64,000 nt of DNA from Tubiluchus corallicola (GCA_030141605.1 JAQGDQ010000297.1:124001-188000), one strand, 5' to 3'; positions 1 through 40,950 are shown, numbered from the stretch's first letter. Translations and numbers: made by a program. The notes: generated by a model from the sequence alone, not told the origin.

Positions 1-17
1 AGAGGTCAATTCTATGT

Positions 18-152
18 ACTGACGTGACGATTTTTAAGTTCAGTTGTTGTGTCAGTAAATCTGTGCATATGAATGTCAAGGCCCTTGCGCAGCGCAGCGT
101 GGTGTACATATTTATTGCTCATATATTCTTGCTTGGTATAGCAGCGTGAGTG
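18..152 (+). promoter_or_regulatory. Candidate core promoter and non-coding first exon of NT5C2
   Basis: TGACGTGA CRE-like site, TCAGTT Inr-like motif near 40, CpG-containing stretch, GTGAGT donor near 146; inference only. Confidence 0.25.
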
Positions 153-556
153 TGTTCAGTGTGTAAAGCCTGCATTGCATTCGCCATTCGTTCCTTGCTG
201 ACTAGTGGAAGTTTAGTTACAGCCTTACTGGTGTATGTAATTGATTGTGCACAATACGTGGAGTGGATTTAATCCGTTGTTCTCGGTTGCCTGTGTTGCA
301 CAGATAATGATATCACAGCAGCTTTACCGTTCTGATTAAGCAAAACTTATTATTTGCGTGACGCCTTTATAACTAGTGTTCTCAGTAGTGCAATTTTAAA
401 GCTTTACAGTATCGTTGCTAAGATACGATATTGTATACGCACCTGACTTGCTATGTTGGGGCCTGGGCGAGGGGAAAATTTTGCTAGTGATAATATTTTC
501 TTGTTTATCTTGGCGTTTAACATGATTTTTCATGTTTTTTAGTAACATTAGTTATC

Positions 557-953
557 CAATAAATTTACTTGAAGTTATACTTTGTTATGTGTAGAAAGTA
601 GCAAACTGTATTATGTTAAAATGCTTGTAGGTACTTGTACCCATTGTGACATTATTAACGCTTATTTTCCTTAATAATGTGATATTTGAGTAGCATGCTA
701 CATACATTTTGCAGACGTTAACCCTCATCACTGTTGTTTAGAAGGTGAAAGAACAATAAATTTATTTGAAGTTATACTTTGTTATGTGTAGAAAGTAGCA
801 AACTGTATTATGTTAAAATGCTTGTAGGTACTTGTACCCATTGTGACATTATTAACGGTTATTTTCCTTAATAATGTGATATTTGAGTAGCGTGCTACAT
901 ACATTTTGCAAACGTTAACCCACATCACTGCTGTTTAGAAGGTGAAAGAACAA
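557..953. repeat. Tandem duplication, 2 x 197 bp, near-identical
   Basis: caataaattta.ttgaagttatac...gaaggtgaaagaaca starts at 557 and 754 with only a few substitutions. Confidence 0.95.
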
Positions 954-2334
954 AAAGGAAAGAAATAGTAATCATTGAGGTGAAGTTTACTTGTTATAAG
1001 ACCACAAATTGTGCACGGAAGTGTCATCAAATACTTGCTTGCAAATTTACAATATCATTTGCGAAACTAAGTAAGGTTGGAAAGCTCTTATCTATCTTTG
1101 ATTAGATTTATGTACAAGACAGTATGAACCATGCCAGTATTTGGAGGATTCAATGGCAGAAGAGACTTGAGCAGTGAGAAGTGTAAGGCAGTGACACAAT
1201 GTGGACATCTACAAACGTTTCCCACACCACCACGGGGGCATGTGCTTTATCAGAATTTGATTGGGATTTGTTTATCTAATTGTTGAATATTGAAGTATTT
1301 TGAATTACTCATTAGCAAACCAGTACACCTTGAGTTATTTTGATGAAAAGAAACGTGCTTTAGCTACTTTTGGAAAGCTTGTACTTCTAAATTGCCAATC
1401 ACTGGTAAAAATGGTAGACTATGGTGAAGCTGTCAAAACCTCAGTATCGTTTTGAACCTGAAGATCCAGAGGCCGGTGACAGACTTGGTTTTTGGAATGT
1501 ATGATGAAACACTGACAGAATTTCTCAGCACTAGCCCTCACCACAGTGAAATAATGGTGCTAGTGTTATCGCAGAGTGGTATAACAGAAATTCATTGAAA
1601 AAATTGCTTCATTATGTCTATACTATAAAGAAATGCCCCAAAGAACCCTGGCAATGTTTCTATTTTTTCTTGTAGTTGCCGATGCATGTTTTTGAACCAA
1701 CAAATGTCATCAACTCGTCAAGTAGTTAAAGAACTAATAGTCAGGCACTCAACGACCACCCTGAAATGGCAGGATTTGTTTTATTGTACTTTATTTTATC
1801 AATTTTCAGCATAGTCGTAAAATACAGATAATACGAAAATACAACTAAAGATGCCGTAAAAGTACAAGTGGAATTCATGCCAGTGTAGGTGCTAGGAACG
1901 AAAACCCCTAACAGCATACCTGCTGGTCTATTGAAAAATCTAATTAATAGCATATAAATTGCATATGTGTACTTTAGCGGCGGGTAAGTTGATACAAACG
2001 CATCTCATGAAAATTTGAAACCATCAATAATTATTGTTAGAGTATGGTACCTTTGTAACAGCCGGCTTGAAAGCATGCATCGAAGTGAATTGTGTCGCAA
2101 TTTATGGAAGTAAGTTCCGTAGGTTTAGTATTAAATTCAATAAGGAGATTCCATAGCAACAATACAGCTTCAACAATGCAACTTCTGATATGCTATCTGG
2201 TACCACCACGCACTCATTTATTTTATAGATTTATTCATGCTCTATTAGGGTTCAGAATTACATTATTTTGTTTTTTATTAATGTATTTAAAATCGAATTA
2301 ATGTTAACTAATTTATTGTAAACCAAGACAAATT

Positions 2335-2680
2335 ATGGAGACCCATTCTTGCAAGAAGATACATATAGATAGAAACGTGTAACCGTCTTATCCTGAACAT
2401 TTATAACAGCTTCTCTGTCATCATTACAATTTTGTTGCCTGTTGGGAGATTTGATTGATATGTTTAAGTGTGTTCATGTCTTGTATGAAGTTAGTAAGCC
2501 TGATAAAGAGGAGTCTGTGAAGAGAGGACATCGTTATAAGCAGCTGGCTTGCTTCGATATGAGAAAATACTTCTTTTCTACCAGAGTTGTAGATACATAC
2601 AACTTTTTGCCAAGTCATGTTGTGTAAGACTGGAAGCCGAGTCTGTGAATATTTACAAAAAAGAGTTGACAAACACTTCA
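2335..2680 (+). mobile_element. Decayed CR1-type LINE ORF2 3' end
   Basis: Translation GDLIDMFK...RGHRYK...RKYFFSTRVVDTYNFLPSHVV / AESVNIYKKEL matches the CR1 ORF2 C-terminal pattern (GDLI..FK, RGH..K, FFS.RVV..WN.LP..VV); stops and frameshifts present. Confidence 0.8.
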
Positions 2681-4265
2681 GTAACCATACCATTGCTTAC
2701 TGTCCATCCAATTTCTGATTTAGCAGATTTAGACAATCACAAATACCTATGTATTTCACTTAACTGTGTGCGTTAATGTGATGCAAGTCTATTAATGTCT
2801 TGCGAATGAATGATACGGAATTTTTTTACGAAATGGAGCAGAAATGAAGTTAATTTTTAGACTGTGATATTATTGCTGTAGTGACGCCTGTAAATTGTTG
2901 TAATATGTTAAGAGTTCAATTAATGTCGTGAATAGGCTGTCTTAATAGAGTAAAGTAAAGTAAAGCAATAGCTAACGTGTACACTTATGTATCTTATGGA
3001 CAGAAAATGCCTTAAAAATCGTGTTCTTCTAGATTCATTTAAATTGCCATTTTGTAATGTTGAGGCTTTTGTACACAGGTAACAATTTGGATAACTTATT
3101 GTGATTTTGGAAATCTTGATTTTATATTTTACAATAAGTAGATCCTACAAACAAAAGATGATTGCTGTGACCATTTAGCATGCAGTTTGTATGATAGGCC
3201 TAATCTTTTCTGCATCACTTGATAAGATTTAGAATGCATTTTGACATGTTTGTTTGTTTATACATGGTATTGTGGTAAGCTAGGTGTGATAAGTTTCTAT
3301 TATCTAGTGAATGCCTTTAAATTATTTCAGAAAATTTGTTATTAATTTGTTCACATACACAAGACCACAGAAAGTCAGGTTTGTTTACACTGCAATGATT
3401 TTATTTCATATCCTCAATCTCTAATGGCAAACTGTGCTTAAGCTGGTTTTGCAATGATTTACATGTTTTGCATGATTTCCATTCTCTCTCTCTCTCTCTC
3501 ACACACGCACGCACGCGCACACATACACACAGTATTATTGTCAATTGTACTGTGCAATAGTGTTGTATGCGATATTGAAGGTTGCTCAATAATGTGCCAT
3601 CTTGTTTGGTATCGTGTGTGTGAGATGAAAATATATAATTTTTAATACCATTGCACAATATTATTGTTGTAAACTTTTTTGCCATGATGGTTTATTCACA
3701 ATCAACCTCAGGTTATATACTTGCTTACTGTCATTACCTCAACTCTACCAAATTCAGGGTGTTAAACATAATAGGATTAAAGTATTAATACGTTAGGCCG
3801 ACTATAAAAATGTCAGCATAGTTAACTTCAATATCAAACAAAAAAGAAAGGAGAATCCACTTGTACAATATTATTGTGCATGTGGATTCTTGTTTGTTGG
3901 CAGAAAAAAAGTTTACATCAATTTTCGTCAACAAAAACAAAACAAGAATTTTGACAAAACTCTTACTTTTTTGCCAGGTGCTTAGATTTTATCGAAAGAG
4001 TTCTCACATTTATTTTTTATTTCCAACTCTTCTTTTAATGACTCAAGGGGGAAGTTGACATAGTTGACTAAGTAAAACTTTGATATAATCATATTTAGTT
4101 AAGTAATAAAGGTTAGTAGATTGTCAGTGCCCTGATCTCTGGGTGCCATAATGGGTGAAAATGTTTCAAGTGCTATTCAGCAATACTTGCAATGTTGAAT
4201 AGATATACTTTGCAATATTTAATATAGCTTAAACAGAAAGCCTTGCTAATATTGGCTGTGACAAG

Positions 4266-22094
<17,829 letters not shown>

Positions 22095-23599
22095 TGTATT
22101 TATTTGTTATAACTGGAAAGTTTACTTTACAAGTTTGTGTTTTTGTTAAGCTGTGATTTTATTATTGCTTGTTTCCAGTATTTGTTAATTATAATTTTTG
22201 TGAATTTTTTTCTCCAATTCTCCGAGTCCTTGGAAAAAATTATCGCCAAGACATTTTCTTCGTTTGTAAATACAAAAAAGAACATTTAGCTGTATTTTAG
22301 TAAGAACTCTGATTTTTGTAAAAGTTGGCCAATAAGCTTTTGGTGACTTGGTAGCCATGCATTGTAAATGTATTGAAGCACCGCCAGAAAAAAATGGACT
22401 ACCTGTTGTATATATAGGTTTGCGTTGGTCTAAAGTTTATAGAGTTTATTCAAATAACTTGAATTAACATAATGTTAGGTGCCAGATTTTATAGTTTTTT
22501 TTTGTACAGTTAATTATTAGGTAATTCAACGACGTGCCTTGTACCAAGGCATGACGTAGCTTAATATATATTTTACTGACCATGGCGTTTCGAGATTTTT
22601 GAATTTCTTATTTTACTAATACTCACTTTAAAATTTATAATCCAATTTCATGTAAATTTTACCAATCCAGTGCAGTATTTTTTAAACTTCAAACTTTACG
22701 TTTAGTTATGTAAATTACTATTTTGGTCTTCATCACACTGTAAATTATTTTATTTTAATTGCAGTTGTTATGTTTGACGAATGTCTTGCAAAGATTTCAA
22801 AATGTCATAGTCAGTAAAATATAAAAACGTGATTGCTTAATGTGTAGAAGACCAGAAATTGTTCTAAGTTCTTTAATTGCATACAAATTATATGGTATGA
22901 GGAAAGTCCTACCATTACAGTTAACAAGTTTATAAAATTATATTTGTGAATTAGTTTGTGATAACGGGAGAGAGTTCCAAGAGTCGATAGCATCTAAAAG
23001 TTATAAAGCAGCACTACTGACTTTACTGACTTTAATAGAATGTGTTTTCTCTATGTTGTCTGCATGGAGTTTATTGTTTTCATTGCATGCATGGATGTAT
23101 CAAAGAGAGGCTTAGGTTGTCCGAAAAGTCTTTTTGAGAGCCAGCCAGCCATTTTGTTGTTGATAATGACCCCATGTTTTGAATAGGCTTCTGCCCCTCT
23201 TAGGAACCGTCCAGAGGCAGTGGTTTCATCAGCGGACCTTATATGATAACGGGGGTACATACATATTAAAAAATTGTTCTAAAGATGTACCCTATGGGTG
23301 AAACTTAATGGACAAACACTGTAACTACTGGCTAAAGTTGTTTCTTCTATTGTATATCCAAGTATGTTTGTTCACCAAGCCTGCATCTTTGTTATGAGGA
23401 TGGACTTTTAATTTAAGACGTTAATCATTCTCATGCGAGAATGCTGCCAATGTACTAAGCTGTCAGCTGGATTACAAAGCTCTTTGTAAATGACTTCTCA
23501 ATAAGTTTTTGTCGAACTATATTTTTTGAATTAAAAATATTAATATTTTATCAGTCAAAAAAAATCAATTAGTTTGCACTTTTGTGAGAGACGACTGCA

Positions 23600-24830
23600 G
23601 TATAGAATACTAGAACTAGATAGCACTCTTTTTCACAAAGCTACCAGAATATGAAAACACAAGTTCACATCTCATTTTCACGAAGTCGCCACAATATGGA
23701 GGACATGCTGGAAATGCAACAGTTTTATATCCTTATGGAACACGTGTTAGAAATGCAGCACTCATTTGCACAAGGTTATCACAACATAGAAGACCTGCAC
23801 TAAGAATGCAGCACTGTTGGGAGCCGAGTGGACCACTGCGCCAAGTAGGACACTAGAGACAGGTCGTGAATTCAGTCGTTAAGTGTACTGACACCGTCCG
23901 TTGTGCTTGTTTATGTAATAATAATAATTAAAAACGTTAGTACACGTTGAATAATTTATTATACATCTAATAAAATAAAAGAATTTTATTCTGAGCTGGT
24001 AGAACGGACAATATTAAATTTGGTTTCGACTTTTTTGCGAATACAAAATTTGTTTAAGGTATATCATTTTTGATTTTGTCTCACTTCACAAACAGGTGAT
24101 CCGTTTCACTACCTCTTGGGCAAATAATTGTTTTCTTATAAGTAAACGTTCTAGCGAATCTATGTGTCCTACATGGGCTAGCGAGCCATGTAGGACAGTG
24201 CCCTACATGTTACAATACTACTGATAATATTAAAACTACTTATCCTTGCTTTTCTTAAATGTTAAAAATTACTTTTTGGTGTTGTGAAGGCTTAGCAGCA
24301 TCTGTCTTATTTTTAAATTTGCAATTATTTCTGTAAATAATAAAATGAAGAAACTTTCACAGAATTTTCAAAAATTTGACAAAATTACCGATTCTCGACA
24401 AAAATCGCCAGTGTCCTACTTGGGCTGCCCATGTAGGACACTACTTTTAGCGCATCAAGTGGTCTACTTGGCGCAGTGGTCCACTCGGCTCCCAACAAAG
24501 CTACTACAATATGGAACACCTTTACTAGAAATGCAGTATTCATTTTCATATTATTAACAAAATTTGGATGACTTTTGCTGAAAATTCAATGCTTTTATTT
24601 CCTCGTTGACACCTTTACTAGAAATACAGCACTTACATTTCCACAAAGTTATCACTATATGGAACACCTGCAATAAGACTATAGCACTTATTTCTACAAA
24701 CTTACTCCAATATGGAACACCTCTGTTAGCAATGCAGTACTTTCATTCCGACAAGGTTGTAATAACGTGAAACATATTATTAAAATGCAGTGGTTTATTT
24801 TTCACAAGATTACAATGACACAAATTTATA
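23600..24830. repeat. Degenerate ~55-bp minisatellite interrupted by the MITE
   Basis: Recurring atatggaacacc...agaaatgcagcact...cacaaag units on both sides of the insertion. Confidence 0.7.
23815..24497. mobile_element. MITE with perfect ~34-bp TIRs
   Basis: TGTTGGGAGCCGAGTGGACCACTGCGCCAAGTAG ... CTACTTGGCGCAGTGGTCCACTCGGCTCCCAACA; internal GTAGGACAC/GTGTCCTAC palindromic motifs. Confidence 0.85.
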
Positions 24831-25915
24831 ACTTTTCCATACATACCCACAAGTTTATACATACCCAAAAAACGACCAGGTTATATTACAATTAAAATCC
24901 TTAATATAGTGCAAAAAGGATTATTGAGCATTTTGCATTTTCTGTCGACCATGCAGTGCCTTTATTTAAGCCATCTTTTCAACACTATATTCCCAATAGC
25001 AATCTGTCACATTGGACGTGTATGTATAAAATAAAAAATAACAGCTTGCATTAAATTTTTTAGCGATACAAGTTTTATTTTACATGCCTGTAGTGTGTTT
25101 AATTCTTTTGTTATGAAATTCATGCTTCTGCGCACTGGCAGTCAGTGTTTTACTGCTGATAGTGAAAATTTTTCTGTAGCAATATTATGGGTATTTAAAG
25201 CACCACTTACGTAAATAAGTAGACTCACCACACATTGTCGTGTTTCTGTAAACAGAGTTATTTGGAACGCGTGGTGATAATAAAAAAGCATGAGAAATAT
25301 TTCCAGTACGACACCTGATGTGTTAAACATTGAATATAGTTTCTTAACGTATTATCCCATCGCACTGTATTATATGTAGTTATGCTATACTGCCAATAGC
25401 TATTACTTTCAACAAGTAATTGCGACTTTTTTATTTAACTGATAGACAATTTATTTCATTTGTAAAACTGTACGGTGGTTGGTACAAACAACTTTCACTT
25501 GCAACAGCTACCTATCACAATCGAGCGTCATGAAGCTTAATTATTTTTATAGATCTTTTCGCTTGTTGTCATGCGTGTTAAAAGTTTTTATCACAACAAA
25601 AAGGATGAGTGATTTTCATTGTGAAATTGACAGTTCTCATCGAGGAAATTATTAAAAGACAACATTTTTTCAAAACGACCATTGAGCTTATTAGGACCGG
25701 AGGATAAACTTTTTGTTGTAAAGATAATCTTTTTGTTCAAAAACCAATGTGAAGCCCAAGTGACTGAAAAAAATGCGGACCTATGGCCCTTTGGTGCTTT
25801 ATATATCTGCTTTAACTGAAATTATTTTAGCAGCGCAACAAAATATGATGATTTAACCTAAATACCAAATGCAGCCTGTATTACATGTTTATGTTAGTCT
25901 ACCTGGCGAACATTA

Positions 25916-26170
25916 TACGAAGTGTGTCTGAAGAGTTCAATTTTTTCCAAATTTCTCATGTTTTGAAGACTTCAAGATGGCCGTGACGATGGAGCTGCGG
26001 AGGATCCCGGAAGAATCCTTCCAGTGCATGGAGGCATAGAAGAGAAGGCTGGGAAAATGTGTTGGACTCAATGGTGATTACTTTGAAGAGGAAAACTTGT
26101 AGTTTGTAGTTTGGGTTTGAAATATATCTTTTGTGACACCAGTCCTGGAACTTTTCTGACACATCTCGTA
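25916..26170 (+). mobile_element. Internally deleted mariner element upstream of the trypsin gene
   Basis: TA-flanked TIRs TACGAAGTGTGTCTGAAGAGTTC / GAACTTTTCTGACACATCTCGTA; internal remnant KMAVTMELRRIPEESFQCMEA*KRRLGKCVGLNGDYFEEENL* resembles the mariner transposase C-terminus (GDYFE). Confidence 0.85.
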
Positions 26171-26467
26171 AATTCTTATGCAGATTATAATTACATGTAG
26201 CTCACTGCATTACGTAGTTGCACAACCACGTGTAGGCTAAAGTGGTCAATTACATCACCGACAGCTAGATCACAAAATTCGCATGCAGACACATAGTAGC
26301 AAAAGAAAACCACGTGTTGGCCTTTGGTCTGTTATAGAATATGTCATTTGAAAGATACCAATCGCTGCACGCAACATAAAACCTGCTGGGTTCACACGCT
26401 TATCAGCTGCGATGTCTTCGACAAACTATAATCGAGAAATTATTTTGGTTCTTGAAGCGAGTTCATC

Positions 26468-35492
<9,025 letters not shown>

Positions 35493-35525
35493 AGTCATTG
35501 TAAAGCAGTAACATTGATTGTATAC

Positions 35526-35531
35526 AATAAA
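35526..35531 (+). terminator. Polyadenylation signal of the trypsin gene
   Basis: AATAAA about 35 nt downstream of the stop codon. Confidence 0.65.
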
Positions 35532-36881
35532 GTTGAATTAAATTATAGTTAAGCAAAACCGCCATCGAGTAAATGAACGTTGAAGTGACAATGTTGTACA
35601 TTTCAACTCTACAGCGCCAAGTTTGCCACTAAGTCTTAATTCAAGATTGAAATACGTAATAATTAAAGCAGGCATATTCATGATTAATTTAACAGTAAAG
35701 TTTTAAAAATTAAGGTTGTCATTACTGATGTCTTTCATTATGACAAATTAAAGTCCAAGATACATGCTTTTAAATTCTTATTTATGTGTTTTTGAATTTT
35801 GACATAATCAACTATACCAGGGTATACCAGGGTACAAGCACTGGCAATCTAGAAATTCTTTTAAAAAGTTTGCAACATTGAGATTGATCAGTGATGACAT
35901 GAGAGAAATGTTATAGAATAAAATAGACAAGCGCTGCTATTGAAGTTTCCCTCTATGATTCTTTTAATTTTGCAGCATTTCACCAGCTGTTTCTCCCCAT
36001 GTTTCTAAAACGATTAAAAGCATATTATTTTTACATTTTGGCTCAAATGGTCAAAAATCAATGTGATTTACTTACATAAACAATTAATTCGAGCGAAATG
36101 TCGGATAAAAAAAATCAATTGTCCGACATTAGCCCATTTTACCCTAATTCAATTAATTTACATAATATGAATTTACATTAATTCACACGTGGATGCTTGC
36201 GATTATTATCAGTTCCGAAAGGTCGTTTTTAAAACGATTTTTGTACCTCGAGAAGGCTACATACCAGCTTTTGATCTAAACACATTACCATTGCGATTTT
36301 ACATCCTGAAAATCCCGAAAATTGAGAATTTAAGGATATGGATGTAATAAATGTACAAATATTAAAATTTTGAAACTTTCGTCAAAAGGAAGTAGATGCG
36401 AAAAAGTTGGGATTGAGTCAGCATTTAATTTAAGCAGAACCTAGCTTAATTTTTAAATGTTAGTAGCGGCTATTTTGAAATCCAAAATAGCAGCCAATGA
36501 TGTGCACGAAAAAAATGGCACCTATCATTTTTTTAATTCTTCAGCACCAAGTTGTCTAAACTAGCCACAAAAATCGATTTTGTCACAAAAATCGAGATAG
36601 AATACATAAGGGCCTGTACTAATTTGAATAAATAGGACTTTTGGGTTAAAGGTAGAAACCACGGCCACCAAACCGTACAATACCTTATGATCATACAGGT
36701 ATCAATTAGCTCACGAAATTAAGAGTTTCAAAATTACAGTTTCCTTACGCTAGAGTAATCACTAACAAATTAGGTTATGTTTCTGCAATTAACTTAGAGC
36801 CTAGAAAGGATTAGGAAAAATTAATGTGTACACTGTGTTAGGCCAATGCTTTACAGGAAAACCAAAACGTGGCTTCACGTC

Positions 36882-36887
36882 TTTATT
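36882..36887 (-). terminator. Candidate poly(A) signal of the Ig gene
   Basis: AATAAA on the minus strand followed by a GT-rich tract (cgttttggttttcc). Confidence 0.4.
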
Positions 36888-37888
36888 CATGGTCAAAATG
36901 TAAAACGCACTAAAATTACCCTTAAAATTGATGGAAATAACAGTAAGAAACCCCTAAATTATGAACATGAAACAAAATATCATTTTTACAGGATTCACAC
37001 ATTCGGTGAAGGCCAAATAACACTTTTATACATTATATTAAAGGGAACTGAGTCCAGAGTTCACAGTGCAAATGAAACGAGAGTGTCTGTACAGAGACGT
37101 TTGGGTAGTTTTTTCCTAGTTTGTGACAGTTATATGCACTGTTGGTAGTCGCAGCATAATCTTAATGTCTGTCAAGATGGCATTCTCTGGATGATAACAC
37201 ATGTCATTAAGGAGAAATCGAGTTGAGGAATTTCAGGTTTCAGCTGCTTGTGTCCTGTCCTTCCCAGTAGGACGCAGCCGGGCAAGCGAGATGCAACCAG
37301 CTCACCTTTCCTGTGGTTGACGTAAGTCTTAGGACAACATTAACGCTATGTAAGAAAAACACAGCAAAAGCACAACCACACGTATATGCACACAAGCGTG
37401 CACACACACCTACACGCCCTCACACAAAACAAGGCAGCATCATTCAGCCCATTACTGGCCAACAAATTTATTTGTTAATTTAAAATAGAATAAAAAGTTG
37501 AATCTAATCCATTAATTTGTTGATCGTTCTGTCTTACGTAACACTTCTTTTCTCTTCTCTGAGCCATATAGTCGATCTGCTGCACCATTGTCATGCTCAG
37601 AGTAGAAGAAATCTGACACATTTGCATCTGTTAATATTTTAGTGTGCTCAGGTTTTCTCCATTCTCACGTATTTCGGTGGGAGAATCCCTAAAAGACATT
37701 TGAATCTGTATAATGTGGTGCTTCAGCAAATATGATCGTACGTTGAAGGGGCTAGAATCATCAGTGTTCGTGACATCTACCACCTGAAGACGGGGTTTCT
37801 GCCGCGCAATTCTTTAACGCTTATCTGTGTTGTGACAAATAATTTTTTCAGACGTTTGTCACAAAATATTCTCTCCATGAGTTGCAGA

Positions 37889-38007
37889 TCATAGGTCTTC
37901 TAATGCTGTAGTGACTACAACAGCAACTGCCGCCGCCATTTTGAATAAACGACTGCATCGAGAGAAAAATGAAAGTGGCACATCTCCGTTGTTACTAGTG
38001 GTGATTT
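37889..38007 (-). CDS. Ig gene probable terminal exon with GPI-signal-like C-terminus (EITTSNNGDVPLSFFSRCSRLFKMAAAVAVVVTTALEDL*)
   Basis: Strong ttttctttttag acceptor, phase 1, small residues then a hydrophobic tail, TGA. Confidence 0.65.
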
Positions 38008-40881
38008 CTAAAAAGAAAACAGGTTGATTCTTTAAAATGCTACACATTGATTCAATAGTGTATATACATGAGCGCGAGGCACTGAATACGCTTATTTTTC
38101 ATCGAGGGCAAATTTATTCTAAATTTAAACAGACTGATCTAGACTATATCTATGTCTCCTAATATATGCTTAATTTGGATAACACGATATTAAAGTATCA
38201 CAAGAATCCCCTTTAATGATCTTTTTAAGCAAATAATGAATAACGTAATAATAACAGGCCAGCTGGGAGCGTTTTATAGAATTTTTCAGAATTCTTCAGA
38301 GGAAACACGAAGATGAAATACTGAAGCAGAGGTGTTATACTTCTGCACTCACTTTTCTTTCCGGAGGAGTGCTCATTATTTAGGATTCTTCGCAAAAGAC
38401 GTTTTTCGGGAAGACGTTTACGCAATTTTCGAGTGAGTTCTCGAAAAACTTCTCATATTTTATCTAACGAATCAAGCTGATTGAACTCTAACGCCATAGA
38501 TTACTTATTCGTGCATTCATCTGTTAATCCATCCGTCGGTCAGAATGTTCGGTCCGTTTGTTCGCCTGTCTGTCCGTTCATCCACTTATGTAATGCAAAT
38601 CTATGCACAAAATTAACAGCTGTGTGCTAGACAACCAAATAATGAATAAGTAGCACGTCCTTACTACTCGGCAATGAAAGCACGGTTTTACTCTTAAAAG
38701 GGAATCCCGTAAGGGAGGATACTTTGAGACGACCTCTGTAAAAAGCATTCGATCGATGAACGATCACTAATGGCTGCTTGTCGCAATTAAATACTTTGTC
38801 ATTACATTTTATGTCCTCAAGCATTTAAAAATAGCTGACACCAAGGAAAATGGATCCTTTATCGCACTGATGAGAAATCTCAAAATTGAAAGTTCGAGGT
38901 CGTGGAACTGAAATTTCTTTGTTTTTTCTTAAGGTAGTTCGTAGGCTGAGAAGTGGCTGAAAGTTCGGAAGAATTTACAAAAAAAAACTAAACAATACCT
39001 AGACTTTAATTACAAGAAACTAAATACCTAAAACATCTGGGGACGTAAAGGGTTTTCAATCCTTGTCTGTAAATAACTTTGCAACAATTTCTCCCATTTT
39101 TATAAAACAATCACTAATGGGGGGGGGGGGGGGTAAGTGTAAAAACGTACACAATATCAGCGAAGAATAGGCACCGCAGAAAGTATGGAAATCCTACTGC
39201 GCAGCAGTTCGCGCAGTTAGTGTCGCCCTAGCGGCACAACAGTATGGACTGTTGTTGTCAGGTACGCTCTAGCGTAAGCTGTATGTAACCGTGTGTACTG
39301 TAACAGATGAATTGATGAGACCACCAAAGCCAGGCTGGTCGACAGGCGCTCATAACTTGCTCAGCCGTGAGTTTCAAAAACATAAATAAAATCTTTTTAA
39401 ATTTCTCAAAGATGCAGCCAGGTAATTACAACAAAATGCTAATTATAACACAGTTTTCGTTACAAGTTAAATATTTGTACACTAAGCAAGAACTGCAAAG
39501 CCTACATATGCCTTTGGCGATTTATAGCAGCTGTTATATTTTTGAGTATTATTTAAAGCAAGTATAACTGCATAAAGGCACTAAGAATAATTAGTAGTTA
39601 AAATAAAAACTATTATATTCACATCTCATGAAAATTAATAGGCTTATTTACAAAAGAAGTTAAGAAAGTTAATAAGTTTGCAATAATTAATAAGAAAGTC
39701 AATATAAAGAAAGTTTCCAAATACCTATCTAAAAACATTCCTATTTATGGGTGTTTTTTCAGGAAATATAGCTTGAAGAAATATTAGGCCCTACTTTCAA
39801 GCGTAATACCTTTCATAGAAAAAAAATCGATTTTTTCAGAAGAGCAAATAATTTTTGCAGAATACAACTTAATCTAAGCAGCTGCATGTTTTGTTAATTT
39901 CAAGTTAAAGGATGTTTAAACAGCATATAATCATACATTGGCCGGCCTTTGTTATGAGTTGGAGTTGATTATAAAATCACGAACAAACGGAGATGCATTT
40001 ACGAGATTACTCCTCTTTTTTATTGTCAGTGAACAAAAAAATACCAAACCGAAACACCAGAGCTGTCATCCTAAGCAGCCGGCATAACTTCCACCTCTAT
40101 AACAATCAACTAACTAGGTCAAAATCAAGTTACAGAATTCAGGTGAGAAGCCAACCTGGCGCATAAATTAGAATCTGCAGGCGGGTCATAACACCTTATA
40201 TATCATGTGTAGACGTCGCTTATATTTAGCTTAATGTTTTTAAGATTCAGTTAGGCTGACGTCAAAATAAATGTTCATTAAATACAGTTTGTTTACGTGT
40301 AAAAAATGTACTTGTATAAGCGTACTAAAAAACACCTGTGGCTAAATCCACTGACAAGTCTTGATAAATAATTTATTTATTGATGGGCTTAAATTAATTG
40401 ATTTTATAGGCCTACGTGCTAAGAGCAATCAATTTATATTGTTAAATGTGTAGGCTCAGCTTCATAGAATCTCTGTATGTAATAATGCATACATCTTACA
40501 TGTATATGAATGTGTGCATGGGTGTATCAAGACGTTACGACGCCCTAGGCTGGCAGTTCAGTCCTACTCATCTCTATTACTGTATTGATTATTTATGTAT
40601 GAAGCATCGTATGCAATTACTTGTGTGCGTGCGTGCGTGTGCGCATTATTTATATACAAACCTGCAATATAATATATGTGTACTTATATAGATTAATTGC
40701 AGGGCACGTAAATGGGTACAATTTTTAATGTGCCGAATTCGCCACCTTGCATTGGAGTAAAACGATCAAGAAACAAATGGCAGAACTTTCAACAAAAGGA
40801 AAAGAAGAATCTCTGTGTGTGTGTGTGTCTGTCTCTCTCTCTCTCTGTCTGTCTGTCTGTCTGTCTCTGTCTCTCTGTCTC

Positions 40882-40950
<69 letters not shown>

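Noticed and set aside
23600-24830. CRISPR-like regular repeats
   Set aside because: Eukaryotic context, degenerate units without unique spacers, no cas genes; it is a minisatellite.
38929-39872. TTAA-flanked Kolobok-like element containing a poly-G run
   Set aside because: Termini match each other too poorly to call with confidence.
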